Shown: positions 8,709-17,689, numbered from the stretch's first letter. The stretch: 64,000 nt of DNA from an uncultured Gammaproteobacteria bacterium (GCA_964510885.1 CAZEDL010000003.1:31686-95685), one strand, 5' to 3'. Program-made: numbers and translations. The notes: generated by a model not told the origin, from the letters alone.

Positions 8709-9627
8709 TTGGCTATGTATATTGCGTTTGCGCTGCTTGGATATGGGGTGCTCGCGGGTGTTTCAGTGCTTGATAAGTACATTGTATCCGAAACGGGGAC
8801 TAAACTGGCGTTGCCGCCGGCGGTATTCGTGTTTTATTCCACGGTGTTTATCCTGCCCGTTTTTTTACTCAGATTGGTTGGCGCCAGCGGGCTCTCAAGT
8901 GCCTGGGATTATGGGCGGCCTCATATTTCTCCTCGGGATGTGGAGTTTATACCGCAGTGTCACGGAGGGTTCTGTGAGCCAGATGGGTCCGCTCGTTGGG
9001 GCGATTGTGCCGGTGTGTATTATGTTATTTGGGAGGGTGGCGCTGAATGTCCAGTTCGATCTAGAACAGCTCGCCGCAGTAGCCCTTTTAATTTTAGGAT
9101 CAGTGATCATTGCGGCAGAAAAAAGATCACGCACGATTTCTTTTCAACGTAGCGGTTGGTATGCGCTGCTGGCTGGTGTGTGTTTTGCAATCGCGCATCT
9201 GACGAGCAAATATTTTTATGTCCGATATGATTTTTTGACCGGACTGGTGTGGACCAAAGGGCCGATGGCTCTCGGAGGATTTTTGTTGATTTGTTTGCCA
9301 TCGGTGAGGGCTTTCCTGTTTGCGCCGAAGTCGAAACAGATTTCAGTGCCGGAAGCGCGCCACAGCCGGTTTGCTGCCTTAGCGTTTGTTGATCAGAGTT
9401 TCGGGGCGATTGGAACACTTTGCCTGGAATACGCCATGAATCTTGGTAACATTGCCGTGGTGAATGCTTTGAATGGAGTGCAGTATGTGGTGTTGATCGG
9501 GTTGGTCGCTGTATTTTCGCGGTTGAACCCGAAGATAATTAAGGAAGAATATACCCGGTTTAAAATTGCGCAGGAAATCGTAGCGGTGGTATTAATCGGT
9601 GCTGGATTATGGCTGCTCATGTTTTAA
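8709..9627 (+). pseudogene. EamA/DMT transporter paralogue interrupted by a +1 frameshift in a T7 homopolymer (8860-8866)
   Basis: The N-terminus (MAMYIAFALLGYGVLAGVSVLDKYIV...FILPVF) is in the frame of ORF 8709. The remainder (YSDWLAPAGSQVPGIMGGLIFLLG...LWLLMF) is in the frame of ORF 8722. Removing one T from ttttttt restores a protein collinear with the 2829 paralogue (VPFIDFFWPAPW ~ LPVFYSDWLAPAG). Confidence 0.6.
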
Positions 9628-9637
9628 TATCTTAATT

Positions 9638-10630
9638 ATGCGGCGATTACTGATCTTTGGTGGTTTATTGTTTATTGCTTATTCGCTGTACCGATTTTGG
9701 CCGCGGACAGATGCGCTTGTGTCGAGTCGCCAGATATATGGCGTTAGTTTTAGTAGCGACCATGCGCGGTATCTTGGGCTTGATCCCTCGGCGGTGTATC
9801 GGACAATTCTTAATGAATGGGGTTTTAAGTATGTGCGCCTCAGTGCCCAGTGGAATCTGATTGAGCCGGAGCGGGGAATGTATGTGTGGCAGGAGTTAGA
9901 TAATTTTTTTGCCGAAGCCGCTGCTCATGGCGCAAAAATTATTTTGGTGGTGGGAGAAAAAACGCCACGCTGGCCAGAGTGTCATCTGCCGGTCTGGGCA
10001 AGAGATTTATCAGATAGTGATCGCAGAAGTGCTCGCGTAGAAATGATGACAACAGTGGTCGATCATTTTAAAGATCATCCGGCGCTCGAGATGTGGCAGG
10101 TGGAAAATGAACCGTTATTTACGTTTGGCGAATGTACTGGTTTGACCTCTGAACAATTAGCCGAGGAAATAAAATTAGTCAAAGACCGTGATCCTCATCA
10201 TCCGACCTTGGTCACTGATAGCGGCGAATTAAGCCTGTGGCGGCAGACGGCGCGGGCGGCCGATTGGTTTGGCGCCACGCTGTACCGGGTCGTATGGAAT
10301 GAGAAGTGGGGATATACGAACTATGATTGGTGGCTGCCGGCGGCAACATACCGCTGGAAGCTGTGGCTCAACAATCGCGCGCCGAGTACAGCCATGATCA
10401 GCGAATTGCAGGCCGAACCATGGGCGCCAAATAAAGACATATTTATAACGCCGCTTGAAGAGCAAGAAAAATCGATGACCGTGACGCGGCTTGAGAAAAC
10501 TATTCGCGTGGCAGAGGAAACTGGCTTTGCCCGGGCGTATCTGTGGGGAGCGGAGTGGTGGTATTGGATGCACCAGAAGCACGGCCGAGATGAGTTTTTC
10601 GAGTTTGTTAAAACTCTCAAAAAAGGATAA
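9638..10630 (+). CDS. Membrane-anchored or secreted glycoside hydrolase, clan GH-A (GH5/cellulase-like)
   Basis: N-terminal hydrophobic anchor (RRLLIFGGLLFIAYSLY), the catalytic-acid motif WQVENEP, and a (beta/alpha)8-like spacing of conserved W/E residues. Start at ATG 9638; the longer GTG 9599 would overlap the upstream gene. Confidence 0.65.
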   Translation: MRRLLIFGGLLFIAYSLYRFWPRTDALVSSRQIYGVSFSSDHARYLGLDPSAVYRTILNEWGFKYVRLSAQWNLIEPERGMYVWQELDNFFAEAAAHGAKIILVVGEKTPRWPECHLPVWARDLSDSDRRSARVEMMTTVVDHFKDHPALEMWQVENEPLFTFGECTGLTSEQLAEEIKLVKDRDPHHPTLVTDSGELSLWRQTARAADWFGATLYRVVWNEKWGYTNYDWWLPAATYRWKLWLNNRAPSTAMISELQAEPWAPNKDIFITPLEEQEKSMTVTRLEKTIRVAEETGFARAYLWGAEWWYWMHQKHGRDEFFEFVKTLKKG

Positions 10631-10641
10631 AGGATCCAGTG

Positions 10642-10670
10642 TTGACTTTTATTGCTAGGTCAGTTAGTAT
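10642..10670 (+). promoter_or_regulatory. Sigma-70-type promoter upstream of the tRNA region
   Basis: TTGACT-N17-TAGTAT (gttgacttttattgctaggtcagttagtat). Confidence 0.5.
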
Positions 10671-10701
10671 TTATTTCTAAATAAGTAAAGTGTTTGGTTT
10701 A

Positions 10702-10758
10702 GGGTACTTAGCTCAGTTTCAGCCAAAAGCTGATTCGCCTGTGGCTAAAAGTTAGAGC
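10702..10758 (+). other. tRNA-like 5' fragment in the tRNA-Val leader (acceptor plus D-arm with a ~32-nt insertion in the D-loop; no matching 3' half)
   Basis: gggtact-ta-gctcagtt[tcagccaaaagctgattcgcctgtggctaaaa]gttagagc. The flanking D-arm halves are identical to the D-arm of the downstream tRNA-Val, but the acceptor differs and no T-arm or 3' acceptor follows. Confidence 0.3.
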
Positions 10759-10794
10759 TATAAACAAAAATAGTAAAAAATTTTATTTAAAAAT

Positions 10795-10868
10795 GCACGC
10801 CTAGCTCAGTTGGTTAGAGCACCTCGTTTACACCGAGGGGGTCAGGGGTTCGAATCCCTTGGCGTGCA
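10795..10868 (+). tRNA. tRNA-Val (anticodon TAC)
   Basis: Cloverleaf read by eye: acceptor gcacgcc/ggcgtgc plus discriminator A, D-arm gctcagttggttagagc, anticodon stem cctcg/cgagg with loop ttTACac, T-arm aggggttcgaatccctt. CCA is not encoded. Confidence 0.9.
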
Positions 10869-10872
10869 CACT

Positions 10873-10898
10873 AAAAGATTCCTAAGCGGAATCTTTTT
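10873..10898. terminator. Intrinsic terminator after tRNA-Val (also serves the convergent KamA-like gene)
   Basis: aaaagattcc-taagc-ggaatcttttt. Confidence 0.7.
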
Positions 10899-10901
10899 AT
10901 A

Positions 10902-12140
10902 TTACTCGCCATCTGGAAATTCTTCCCACTTGCCGGTAACATCGCTCAAGAATTTAATAATTGGATACCGCTGTCCGGCTTTCTCTGCTGTGGTTTCGTA
11001 AAAATAATCGGTCATGGTATCTGGCACCAGTTGTTTACCGGTGTGATGCGATAATTCAAGGTGGGGGAGTTGGCCGCGGAATTCTGCAAATTTTTTTAGC
11101 CCCCGCATAACTTCTTGGGCGCGGCGCACCGAGGTGCGGAAATGTCCGGTGCGCGGAACGCTCATGGCGACTGACAGATAATGCAGTCGAACATTCTCGG
11201 TGCGGAGGCGGTGGAATAATGTGCGTAAGATAGTCGCATCATCGTTGATACCTTTTAGCAGCACAGTTTGGTTGTAGACGTGTAGTCCGGCTTGCTGCAG
11301 TGTGTGAATAGCGGTTATAGCATCCGGCCCTAGTTCATTCGGATGATTAAAGTGTGAGCCAATCTGAATTTCCACCCCGCGCGCTTTAGTTTGCCAACTG
11401 TGGGTTTGAATGGTGGCCAGCGCAGTGGCTAATTCGGGGGTGAGTCTAAAAGGGTTATGCAGGAAGCTGCGAGTATTAATACGGATAGTAGTGATCTGCG
11501 GAATGGCAGCGAGCGCACTGATACGGGCGACGAGAATTTCATCGGGCATGATAAGCGGGTCGCCACCGCTCACTAAAATTTGCCGAATGAGTGGAGCGGC
11601 AGAAATTTTTTCCACAGCCGCTTTGAATTCTTGGGGGCCGGCATTAGTTGGTACATCATGGCGCAGGGTGCGCTCTTTTTCAAAACAAAATCGGCAGAAA
11701 GAGTGGCAGGTATTTGATAGGCGCAAGACACAGATGTCCGGATATTTTTGTTGCAGCAGACGATTGGTGCCGTCGAGAAAATCAGCCGACTTTTCCCAGA
11801 CTTCATTAAATAAAAAATTGTCTGAAGCGCTTTCTTGTAGTGATGGTAGGTGCTGCAGAGCGATTGGATCATTTGGGTTAGTCCAGTCGATGAGGGAGAT
11901 AAGATAGGGGGTAAGGCGCATCTGATCGGCTCTGTTTCCATAACGGGTGGTACTGACGGCATCGATCGCTTGGGCTTGATCGCTCGGTAGCGGCACGAGG
12001 CGCGCCAGTTCAGTGCCCGAAGTGATGCAGTGAGTAAGCTGCCAGCGCCAAGATACCCAGTGGCTACTAGTCACGCCTCGGGCTTGGTAATAGGGTGGAA
12101 TAATTACTTCATTAGGCATATAAGTGATTCTTGGCACCAT
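10902..12140 (-). CDS. KamA-family radical-SAM aminomutase (lysine 2,3-aminomutase-like)
   Basis: Radical-SAM CxxxCxxC (SNTCHSFCRFCF), KamA-type N-terminal region (WQLTHCITSGTELARL...TPYLISLIDWTNPNDP), 412 aa. Confidence 0.8.
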   Translation of the reverse strand: MVPRITYMPNEVIIPPYYQARGVTSSHWVSWRWQLTHCITSGTELARLVPLPSDQAQAIDAVSTTRYGNRADQMRLTPYLISLIDWTNPNDPIALQHLPSLQESASDNFLFNEVWEKSADFLDGTNRLLQQKYPDICVLRLSNTCHSFCRFCFEKERTLRHDVPTNAGPQEFKAAVEKISAAPLIRQILVSGGDPLIMPDEILVARISALAAIPQITTIRINTRSFLHNPFRLTPELATALATIQTHSWQTKARGVEIQIGSHFNHPNELGPDAITAIHTLQQAGLHVYNQTVLLKGINDDATILRTLFHRLRTENVRLHYLSVAMSVPRTGHFRTSVRRAQEVMRGLKKFAEFRGQLPHLELSHHTGKQLVPDTMTDYFYETTAEKAGQRYPIIKFLSDVTGKWEEFPDGE

Positions 12141-12219
12141 AGCAGAAGTATCATAAAAACACTAGTTTAATCTAGCGATTAGGTATGTTTTATAGTATAC
12201 TTGGTTTTATGATTACTGT

Positions 12220-13392
12220 ATGAATGTAGCTAAAAAAAAATTCCCACCTTTAGGTGCACCACTTCGATCCACAGGCAGCTTGTCCGAGGCGGTGTTTTTG
12301 ATTACTGGTCTCACGATTGGGGCGGGTGTGCTTGGTTTGCCATATGTGATCGCGCAGGTGGGTATTAGGATAGGGGTAGGGTATATTTTAGGGCTTGGCT
12401 TAATCATGCTCCTGCTCAATAGATTAATCGGTGAGGTGGCGCTGGCGGTGGGCGGTAATTATCAGCTCGGCGGATTAGCTGGAAAATATTTGAGTCGCGG
12501 CGCAGCCGAATTTTTTAATCTTACGATTGTAGTGCGCGACAGCGGCGTGCTCCTTGCTTATTTAATCGGCGAAGGTGCAGCGCTGCAGGCTCTGTTTGGC
12601 GGCAAGGCTGAATGGTGGAGCATAGTGTTTTGGATGATAATGAGCCTGGTAGTGGCGGCGGGATTGGAGCGGCTTAAAACCGTGGAAAAATATATTAGTA
12701 TTGGAGTGATTAGTTTGCTTGTTGGGATTTCATTATTTGTATTTGGTCAATTCGAGCCAGCGTATGTAGCGTTTACTGAGGTGCGCAATTGGCTGTTGCC
12801 GTATGGCGTGATTTTATTTGCTTTGCATGCGTCGCCGGCAATTATCGAAGCGCACTCACTGATGCCAGATAATCCGAGGCGTTTCCGCCTCGCGATTGTG
12901 ATTGGGACGCTCGTGCCAATAGCTGTTTATATATTGTTTAGTGTGGCGGTCGTGGGGGCGCTTGGCCCCAAGACTACGGAGATCGCCACGGTGGGCCTTA
13001 GCCAGGCATTTGGGCCGATTTTATCGATAGTCATAAATGTGCTGGCGGTGCTGGCGATGAGCACCGGATTTATGGGGCTTGCCACCGCGTTTAAAGAAAC
13101 GCTGGTGTGGGATGAAAAAGTGCCGAATCTGTGGGCGCTATTGGTGGTGCTTGGTATCCCGTTGTTATTATTTTTATTCGGGTGGCGGGGATTTGTAACT
13201 ATTCTTGGATTAGTCGGCGGATTATTTGTTAGTCTGGAAGCACTAATACTCGTGACAGTATATGCACGAATTAATTGTCAGGCATCGGGGGACAGGAGCT
13301 ATCGTTGGCTTGGGCTTGTGCTGCCGGTGGCAGTGGCGTTTATTTGTTTTGGTGCTGTAACGGTATATCAAATAGGACAACGGTTTTTTTAA
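12220..13392 (+). CDS. Amino-acid permease (APC/aromatic-amino-acid permease-like, ~11 TM)
   Basis: Polytopic membrane protein whose N-terminal motif (EAVFLITGLTIGAGVLGLPYVIAQ) is typical of amino-acid transporters. It is divergent from the KamA-like gene. Confidence 0.7.
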   Translation: MNVAKKKFPPLGAPLRSTGSLSEAVFLITGLTIGAGVLGLPYVIAQVGIRIGVGYILGLGLIMLLLNRLIGEVALAVGGNYQLGGLAGKYLSRGAAEFFNLTIVVRDSGVLLAYLIGEGAALQALFGGKAEWWSIVFWMIMSLVVAAGLERLKTVEKYISIGVISLLVGISLFVFGQFEPAYVAFTEVRNWLLPYGVILFALHASPAIIEAHSLMPDNPRRFRLAIVIGTLVPIAVYILFSVAVVGALGPKTTEIATVGLSQAFGPILSIVINVLAVLAMSTGFMGLATAFKETLVWDEKVPNLWALLVVLGIPLLLFLFGWRGFVTILGLVGGLFVSLEALILVTVYARINCQASGDRSYRWLGLVLPVAVAFICFGAVTVYQIGQRFF

Positions 13393-13400
13393 ATTGAAAT

Positions 13401-13429
13401 AAAAAAGAGAGCCTTGCGGCTCTTTTTTA
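13401..13429. terminator. Intrinsic terminator after the permease gene
   Basis: aaaaaagagagcc-ttgc-ggctctttttt. Confidence 0.7.
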
Positions 13430-13537
13430 TTTAGCTCAGTCCGGCACATCAGGAGTGCTCCTCCCTTGATACATGGTGGTGGGCCAAGGGGGAAGGATGT
13501 GCGGGGTGGCGGGGTAGAGCGGAGGGTCGGGCGCAGG

Positions 13538-13972
13538 TTAGTTCGCGTCCTGGCAGTCCTTGATCTCGGAGGCGCAGCGGCTTTTGTCCTTGATCTGTTC
13601 GAGGCAGGCGGGGCAGTCGATGCTGCGATCCGGGTGGTTCGAGTTGCAGGCTACGTCGATGTCGAACCTCGGGCCGCAGGTGTCGTGCGTACAGGCGATC
13701 ACGTTCTGGTAGGCGGCGAGGGCCTGGGGGTGCTGGCCGTCGTTGACCTTGGCGGTGCAGGCGAGTACGCAGTCCGTCTGCCCGGTGTCGCAGTGCGACT
13801 GGCACTGGATGGCCGCCCAGCAGGTCGAATCGGCCGGCTTCAGGTCGGGCCCCGGCTTCAGGTCGGGCGTCGGCTCCATGGTGCCCGCTGTGCCTGGCGG
13901 GGGCGTGCTGCTGCACGCGGTGAGTAGGAGCCAGCAAGCTCCGGCGACAATCGGACTCGTTCGGGTGTGCAT
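13538..13972 (-). CDS. Cysteine-rich lipoprotein encoded on a high-GC islet
   Basis: Strong SD (GGAGGA, 5 nt before the ATG). Signal peptide plus lipobox (MHTRTSPIVAGACWLLLTAC|SS). Fourteen further Cys residues and a Pro-rich linker with tandem PDLKPG/PDLKPA encoded by an 18-bp DNA tandem repeat. Local GC is roughly 65% against ~47% in the flanks. Confidence 0.7.
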   Translation of the reverse strand: MHTRTSPIVAGACWLLLTACSSTPPPGTAGTMEPTPDLKPGPDLKPADSTCWAAIQCQSHCDTGQTDCVLACTAKVNDGQHPQALAAYQNVIACTHDTCGPRFDIDVACNSNHPDRSIDCPACLEQIKDKSRCASEIKDCQDAN

Positions 13973-14221
13973 GGGGATCCTCCACTATCATATGCCCATT
14001 GGGGCGGCCATATCATACGCTAAAAATCATATAATATCAAGGGGAGGCTTGAATTATCGTAGGTTTTACCGTATACTCGTTTCTAACGAGAGGGGTATTA
14101 TTTATTGCCATGAAATGGTGTTGGTTGCCTGCTGATTCATCGCTGTCGGTCGATGGTGCGATTATTGCCAGGCAACTTCCGGGCTTTTAGCCCCTGCTAT
14201 TTCTGGCATAACAAATTTTTT

Positions 14222-15370
14222 ATGGCTCAGAATTTTATTTTTACGTCGGAATCAGTGACCGAAGGTCATCCTGATAAAATTTGCGATCAGATTTCGGATG
14301 CCGTGCTTGATGCACTGTTAACTCAAGACAAGCATTCACATGTGGCGGTAGAATGTTTTACCACTACTGGCCTCGTGATCGTGGGTGGCGAAGTCACCAC
14401 GCGTGGGTATGTGGATGTGCAAAAGATTACGCGCGAGGTGATTGAATCGATCGGATACACTGATCCGGCCTACGGCATTGATGCGGAGCATGCCGGGATT
14501 TTGGTGTCGATTCATGAGCAGTCTCCAGATATTGCCCAGGGTGTTGATAAAAAAACGGTGGAACAGCAGGGGGCCGGGGATCAGGGTTTGATGTTTGGGT
14601 ATGCTTGCAATGAAACGCCGGATTTAATGCCTCTCCCGATCGATCTGTCGCATCGCTTGGCGCGCCGGCTTACCGAGGTGCGCAAGAAAGGTGTTATTCC
14701 GTATCTTCGGCCGGACGGAAAAACGCAGGTGGCAATCGAGTATGCTGATAATAAACCGGTACGACTTAAAAATGTGGTAGTGTCGGCGCAGCATCATCCG
14801 GAAATAAAAACGACGCAAATTCGCGCTGATATTATTAAGCACGTGATCGAGCCGGTATGTAAAGAATACCTCGATGCAAAAACTGAATTTTTTGTGAATA
14901 TGACCGGTCGCTTTGTGGTGGGTGGTCCGCAGGGTGATACTGGCTTAACTGGCCGCAAAATTATTGTTGATACGTATGGCGGTATGGGCCGACATGGGGG
15001 CGGCTGTTTCTCGGGAAAAGATCCATCGAAGGTGGACAGGAGCGGTGCCTATATGGCTCGCTATGTGGCCAAAAATATTGTGGCCGCGGGGCTCGCGGAG
15101 CGCTGCGAGGTGCAGGTGTCGTATGTGATTGGGAAAGCAGAGCCGACGAGTGTAGCGGTGAATACGTTTGGTACGGGCCGGGTGTCGGATGAAGAGTTGG
15201 TGCGCATCGTGACCAAGTTATTTGATTTCCGTCCGGGTAAGATTATCGAGCATTTGAAATTACTCCGCCCGATTTATCGCGCCACCTCGGCCTATGGCCA
15301 TTTTGGACGCCATGAATTTCCGTGGGAAAAGACGGATATGGTGAAAAAACTTAAGGCGGCGGCTAAATAA
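14222..15370 (+). CDS. metK: S-adenosylmethionine synthetase
   Basis: [31 protein letters not shown]..., [19 protein letters not shown]. Start at ATG 14222 within the longer ORF. Confidence 0.95.
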   Translation: MAQNFIFTSESVTEGHPDKICDQISDAVLDALLTQDKHSHVAVECFTTTGLVIVGGEVTTRGYVDVQKITREVIESIGYTDPAYGIDAEHAGILVSIHEQSPDIAQGVDKKTVEQQGAGDQGLMFGYACNETPDLMPLPIDLSHRLARRLTEVRKKGVIPYLRPDGKTQVAIEYADNKPVRLKNVVVSAQHHPEIKTTQIRADIIKHVIEPVCKEYLDAKTEFFVNMTGRFVVGGPQGDTGLTGRKIIVDTYGGMGRHGGGCFSGKDPSKVDRSGAYMARYVAKNIVAAGLAERCEVQVSYVIGKAEPTSVAVNTFGTGRVSDEELVRIVTKLFDFRPGKIIEHLKLLRPIYRATSAYGHFGRHEFPWEKTDMVKKLKAAAK

Positions 15371-15390
15371 TAACTTCAAAATAAATTACT

Positions 15391-15416
15391 AAAACCTCCG
15401 GATTACGGAGGTTTTA
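15391..15416 (+). terminator. Putative metK terminator hairpin
   Basis: aaaacctccg-gatta-cggaggtttt. Confidence 0.5.
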
Positions 15417-15483
15417 GCTCGGTGCTTTCGATCGTCGTTTTAGGTGAGGTGATAAATTCAAGAGTTAGATACTTGGCAGTTAA

Positions 15484-15521
15484 ATAAAAAATCCTGCTCA
15501 CTATAGAGCAGGATTTTTTTA
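15484..15521. terminator. Bidirectional intrinsic terminator
   Basis: aaaaaatcctgctc-actata-gagcaggattttttt. Confidence 0.65.
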
Positions 15522-15524
15522 ATT

Positions 15525-17264
15525 TTATTTAGTTCTTACTTTTGACCCGTTTCTAGCTCCCCGATCATCGGCTCTCAGAATATTATTTATTTGTCCCGTT
15601 TTTAGGTCGAATAGCTTGCCGACTTTTTTATCCTTGGCAACAAATGAAACGTTGTTGAGTAGAGTGAGCGATCTACCTACCATTACCTCGGTCGGCACCA
15701 CTGATACTTCAAAATACCAGCCCGTTTTGCTCTGCGCGGGGATGTCGAGGATGCTCCAGGTGAGTGTGCGCGTTTCAGCACTCCATTTGAGCGGGGCCCC
15801 GAGAGTCACGCTTTGTTTGCCGGTCGGTGTGACGCCTTCTGGGAGGGTGATAGTAAGCGCAGTATCTTCGATTGGATTAACGGTATTTATAGCCTCAACA
15901 AATATCCAGTACTTGGTCACACTGCCGACTTCCGGAGGTAGCGGTCCACGACCCACCTGATCACCATCGGCAGTGAAGTAACGCGGTGTGGCTGAAAGGG
16001 TAAGGTCTGTGGCAAGCGGAAGGCTGATGCCGTCACCTGTTTCGGAGTATACTTGTCCGTTGACACTATCGCTTTCAGTTTCGATTGTAGGAGTGAGCCG
16101 GAATTCAGAGATGGTTTTATCGGTAAGATTGAAACTCGAATTTAGAATCAGATTGAGTGTAAAGTCTTCGGAGCGTTGATTGGTGTCGGCTAAAGCGGTG
16201 CGGCTGCTGCTATCAATCACGAGGTCGGTGCCGTCTACTTTAATATTATTTTCTTTGGCCGTAGCTTTCAGGTCGGCGAGGCCCTCTGGCATAGATAGAC
16301 GCAGTGTAAGGTTTTTAACCGGGAAGGCGCTGCTATTTCTCCAGTTAATTTGGAGTGGAAGTGTTTGGCCTGGTTCGAGGTAGGTCTCGCTGCCAATAGC
16401 GCGCACCCCGATAGCAAGCGATGGTTTGATGGTGGTTATCTTTTGCTGAAGGGTGCTCTGGGTCACTGGTTGATTATTTGGTACCACTTGCGTGATAAAA
16501 GTGATCGTCTTGGCGCTGTCATTTCCAGTTTGCGACACGGTCCCGCTAATGACACGAATTTCATCATCTGTGAGCGTAATATTTTTTAGTGTTGTGCTGG
16601 CAGTGTAGGTCACGGCTACACCACTTTCTAGTACAGTGATGCCGGTAATAGAGCGTGAACTGTTATTTTTAAGCGTGAGCGTGAAAGGGGTAGGCACATT
16701 GGGAAATGTTGAAGAAGCTAACGCAAGCGAAGCGGTGAGGATGCTTTCTGGTAAGGTGGCCAGGTATACGCTGGCTTTTTGGTCGCGGTCGCTTGTGTTT
16801 TCAGTCTGATACGACAAGAGGGCGGTGATGCGTTCTTCTTTGCCTGGTTCGGTCCAGAGCTGTCCGGTGACGCCGACCTGGCCAGTGGCTCCAGGCGCGA
16901 GGTCATCAAGTGTAAAAATAGAAGTGGTAGAAAATACTGAGGTGGGGGTGGCGTTCCGGTCTATGATAAATCCTGGAGGCAGGTGCAGGGCGAGTGTGGG
17001 GTGTAATAGACGGTGCTTGCTGCGGTTGGTGTAGTTGATGGTGATGCGGGCCATGTCGCCACTCTTGAGGCGGGCATCGCCGAGTGAAATGTCGAGATCG
17101 ATTAAATTGGTGATGCCAGGTTTCCAGAAAAAAAAGACGGCGCTGAGGGCGAATAATCCGATGGCAAAGGTGAGTAAAATGAGGTCAAAAATAAATAATT
17201 TTTTGGGGTTGGTATACACACCATGATAATGGCGATGGTAGTGACGATGAAGAAAACTAGACAT
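15525..17264 (-). CDS. Membrane-anchored surface protein with repeated beta-sandwich (DUF11/CARDB-like) segments
   Basis: His-rich cytoplasmic N-terminus (HRHYHRHYH), a single TM (LILLTFAIGLFALSAVFFFW), then ~520 aa that are extracytoplasmic and T/S/N-rich with repeated LTL/ITL motifs. Confidence 0.55.
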   Translation of the reverse strand: MSSFLHRHYHRHYHGVYTNPKKLFIFDLILLTFAIGLFALSAVFFFWKPGITNLIDLDISLGDARLKSGDMARITINYTNRSKHRLLHPTLALHLPPGFIIDRNATPTSVFSTTSIFTLDDLAPGATGQVGVTGQLWTEPGKEERITALLSYQTENTSDRDQKASVYLATLPESILTASLALASSTFPNVPTPFTLTLKNNSSRSITGITVLESGVAVTYTASTTLKNITLTDDEIRVISGTVSQTGNDSAKTITFITQVVPNNQPVTQSTLQQKITTIKPSLAIGVRAIGSETYLEPGQTLPLQINWRNSSAFPVKNLTLRLSMPEGLADLKATAKENNIKVDGTDLVIDSSSRTALADTNQRSEDFTLNLILNSSFNLTDKTISEFRLTPTIETESDSVNGQVYSETGDGISLPLATDLTLSATPRYFTADGDQVGRGPLPPEVGSVTKYWIFVEAINTVNPIEDTALTITLPEGVTPTGKQSVTLGAPLKWSAETRTLTWSILDIPAQSKTGWYFEVSVVPTEVMVGRSLTLLNNVSFVAKDKKVGKLFDLKTGQINNILRADDRGARNGSKVRTK

Positions 17265-17321
17265 ATAACGTATTAAAAACAGATGGGTTAATTATGGATT
17301 TATTGCTGGTCTTTGTCAAAC

Positions 17322-17350
17322 AAAAACCTCCTCTTTTTAGGAGAGGAGGT
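17322..17350 (-). terminator. Intrinsic terminator of the HTH gene (minus strand)
   Basis: The reverse complement reads acctcctctcc-taaaa-agaggaggtttttgttt. Confidence 0.6.
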
Positions 17351-17359
17351 AATAGTTGG

Positions 17360-17689
17360 TTATTCTTTTGTCGCTTCAGAATTTTTGTCTGCGGCCGGAG
17401 TTAAAGATTTCGGGTTCGGGGAGTAGAGGGGGTTTTTGATTTTCCATTTATCGACAAATTGACCGATGCCTTTTTTTACTAATTTATTTTTGATGGTGGT
17501 GTGGCGTTGTGACCATTTGACCAGGCTCTCAAAGTTTAGTTTATAGCGGCCGCTGACAATGACGTAGGTCACTTCTTGAGCTTTAATAGCGCGGCGAATA
17601 GTTTGGGTATTTACCCCGAATAAGCGGGCGGCTTCGGAGATTGAAACACGAATAATTTCTTTGGCTGGAAGGGAGGCCTCCATATTCAA
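17360..17689 (-). CDS. HTH_17 (excisionase/MerR-like) DNA-binding protein
   Basis: ISEAARLFGVNTQTIRRAIKAQEVTYVIVSGRYKL is a classic excisionase-family helix-turn-helix. 109 aa, no integrase nearby. Confidence 0.75.
   Translation of the reverse strand: MNMEASLPAKEIIRVSISEAARLFGVNTQTIRRAIKAQEVTYVIVSGRYKLNFESLVKWSQRHTTIKNKLVKKGIGQFVDKWKIKNPLYSPNPKSLTPAADKNSEATKE

Noticed and set aside
13449-13991. 180-aa ORF (minus strand, Arg/Pro/Gly-rich) overlapping the lipoprotein gene in another frame
   Set aside because: It is low-complexity RPG-rich translation, typical of spurious ORFs in GC-rich DNA. The overlapping 144-aa frame has the SD, signal peptide and lipobox, and is the real gene.
14036-14221. 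Confident call of a SAM-I riboswitch upstream of metK
   Set aside because: I could not identify the conserved SAM-I boxes by eye. It is kept only as a low-confidence finding pending a covariance-model search.
17360-17689. An excisionase-family HTH as a marker of an integrated mobile element
   Set aside because: No integrase, recombinase, att-like repeat or phage gene is nearby. The protein has its own promoter and operator array and looks like a stand-alone regulator.
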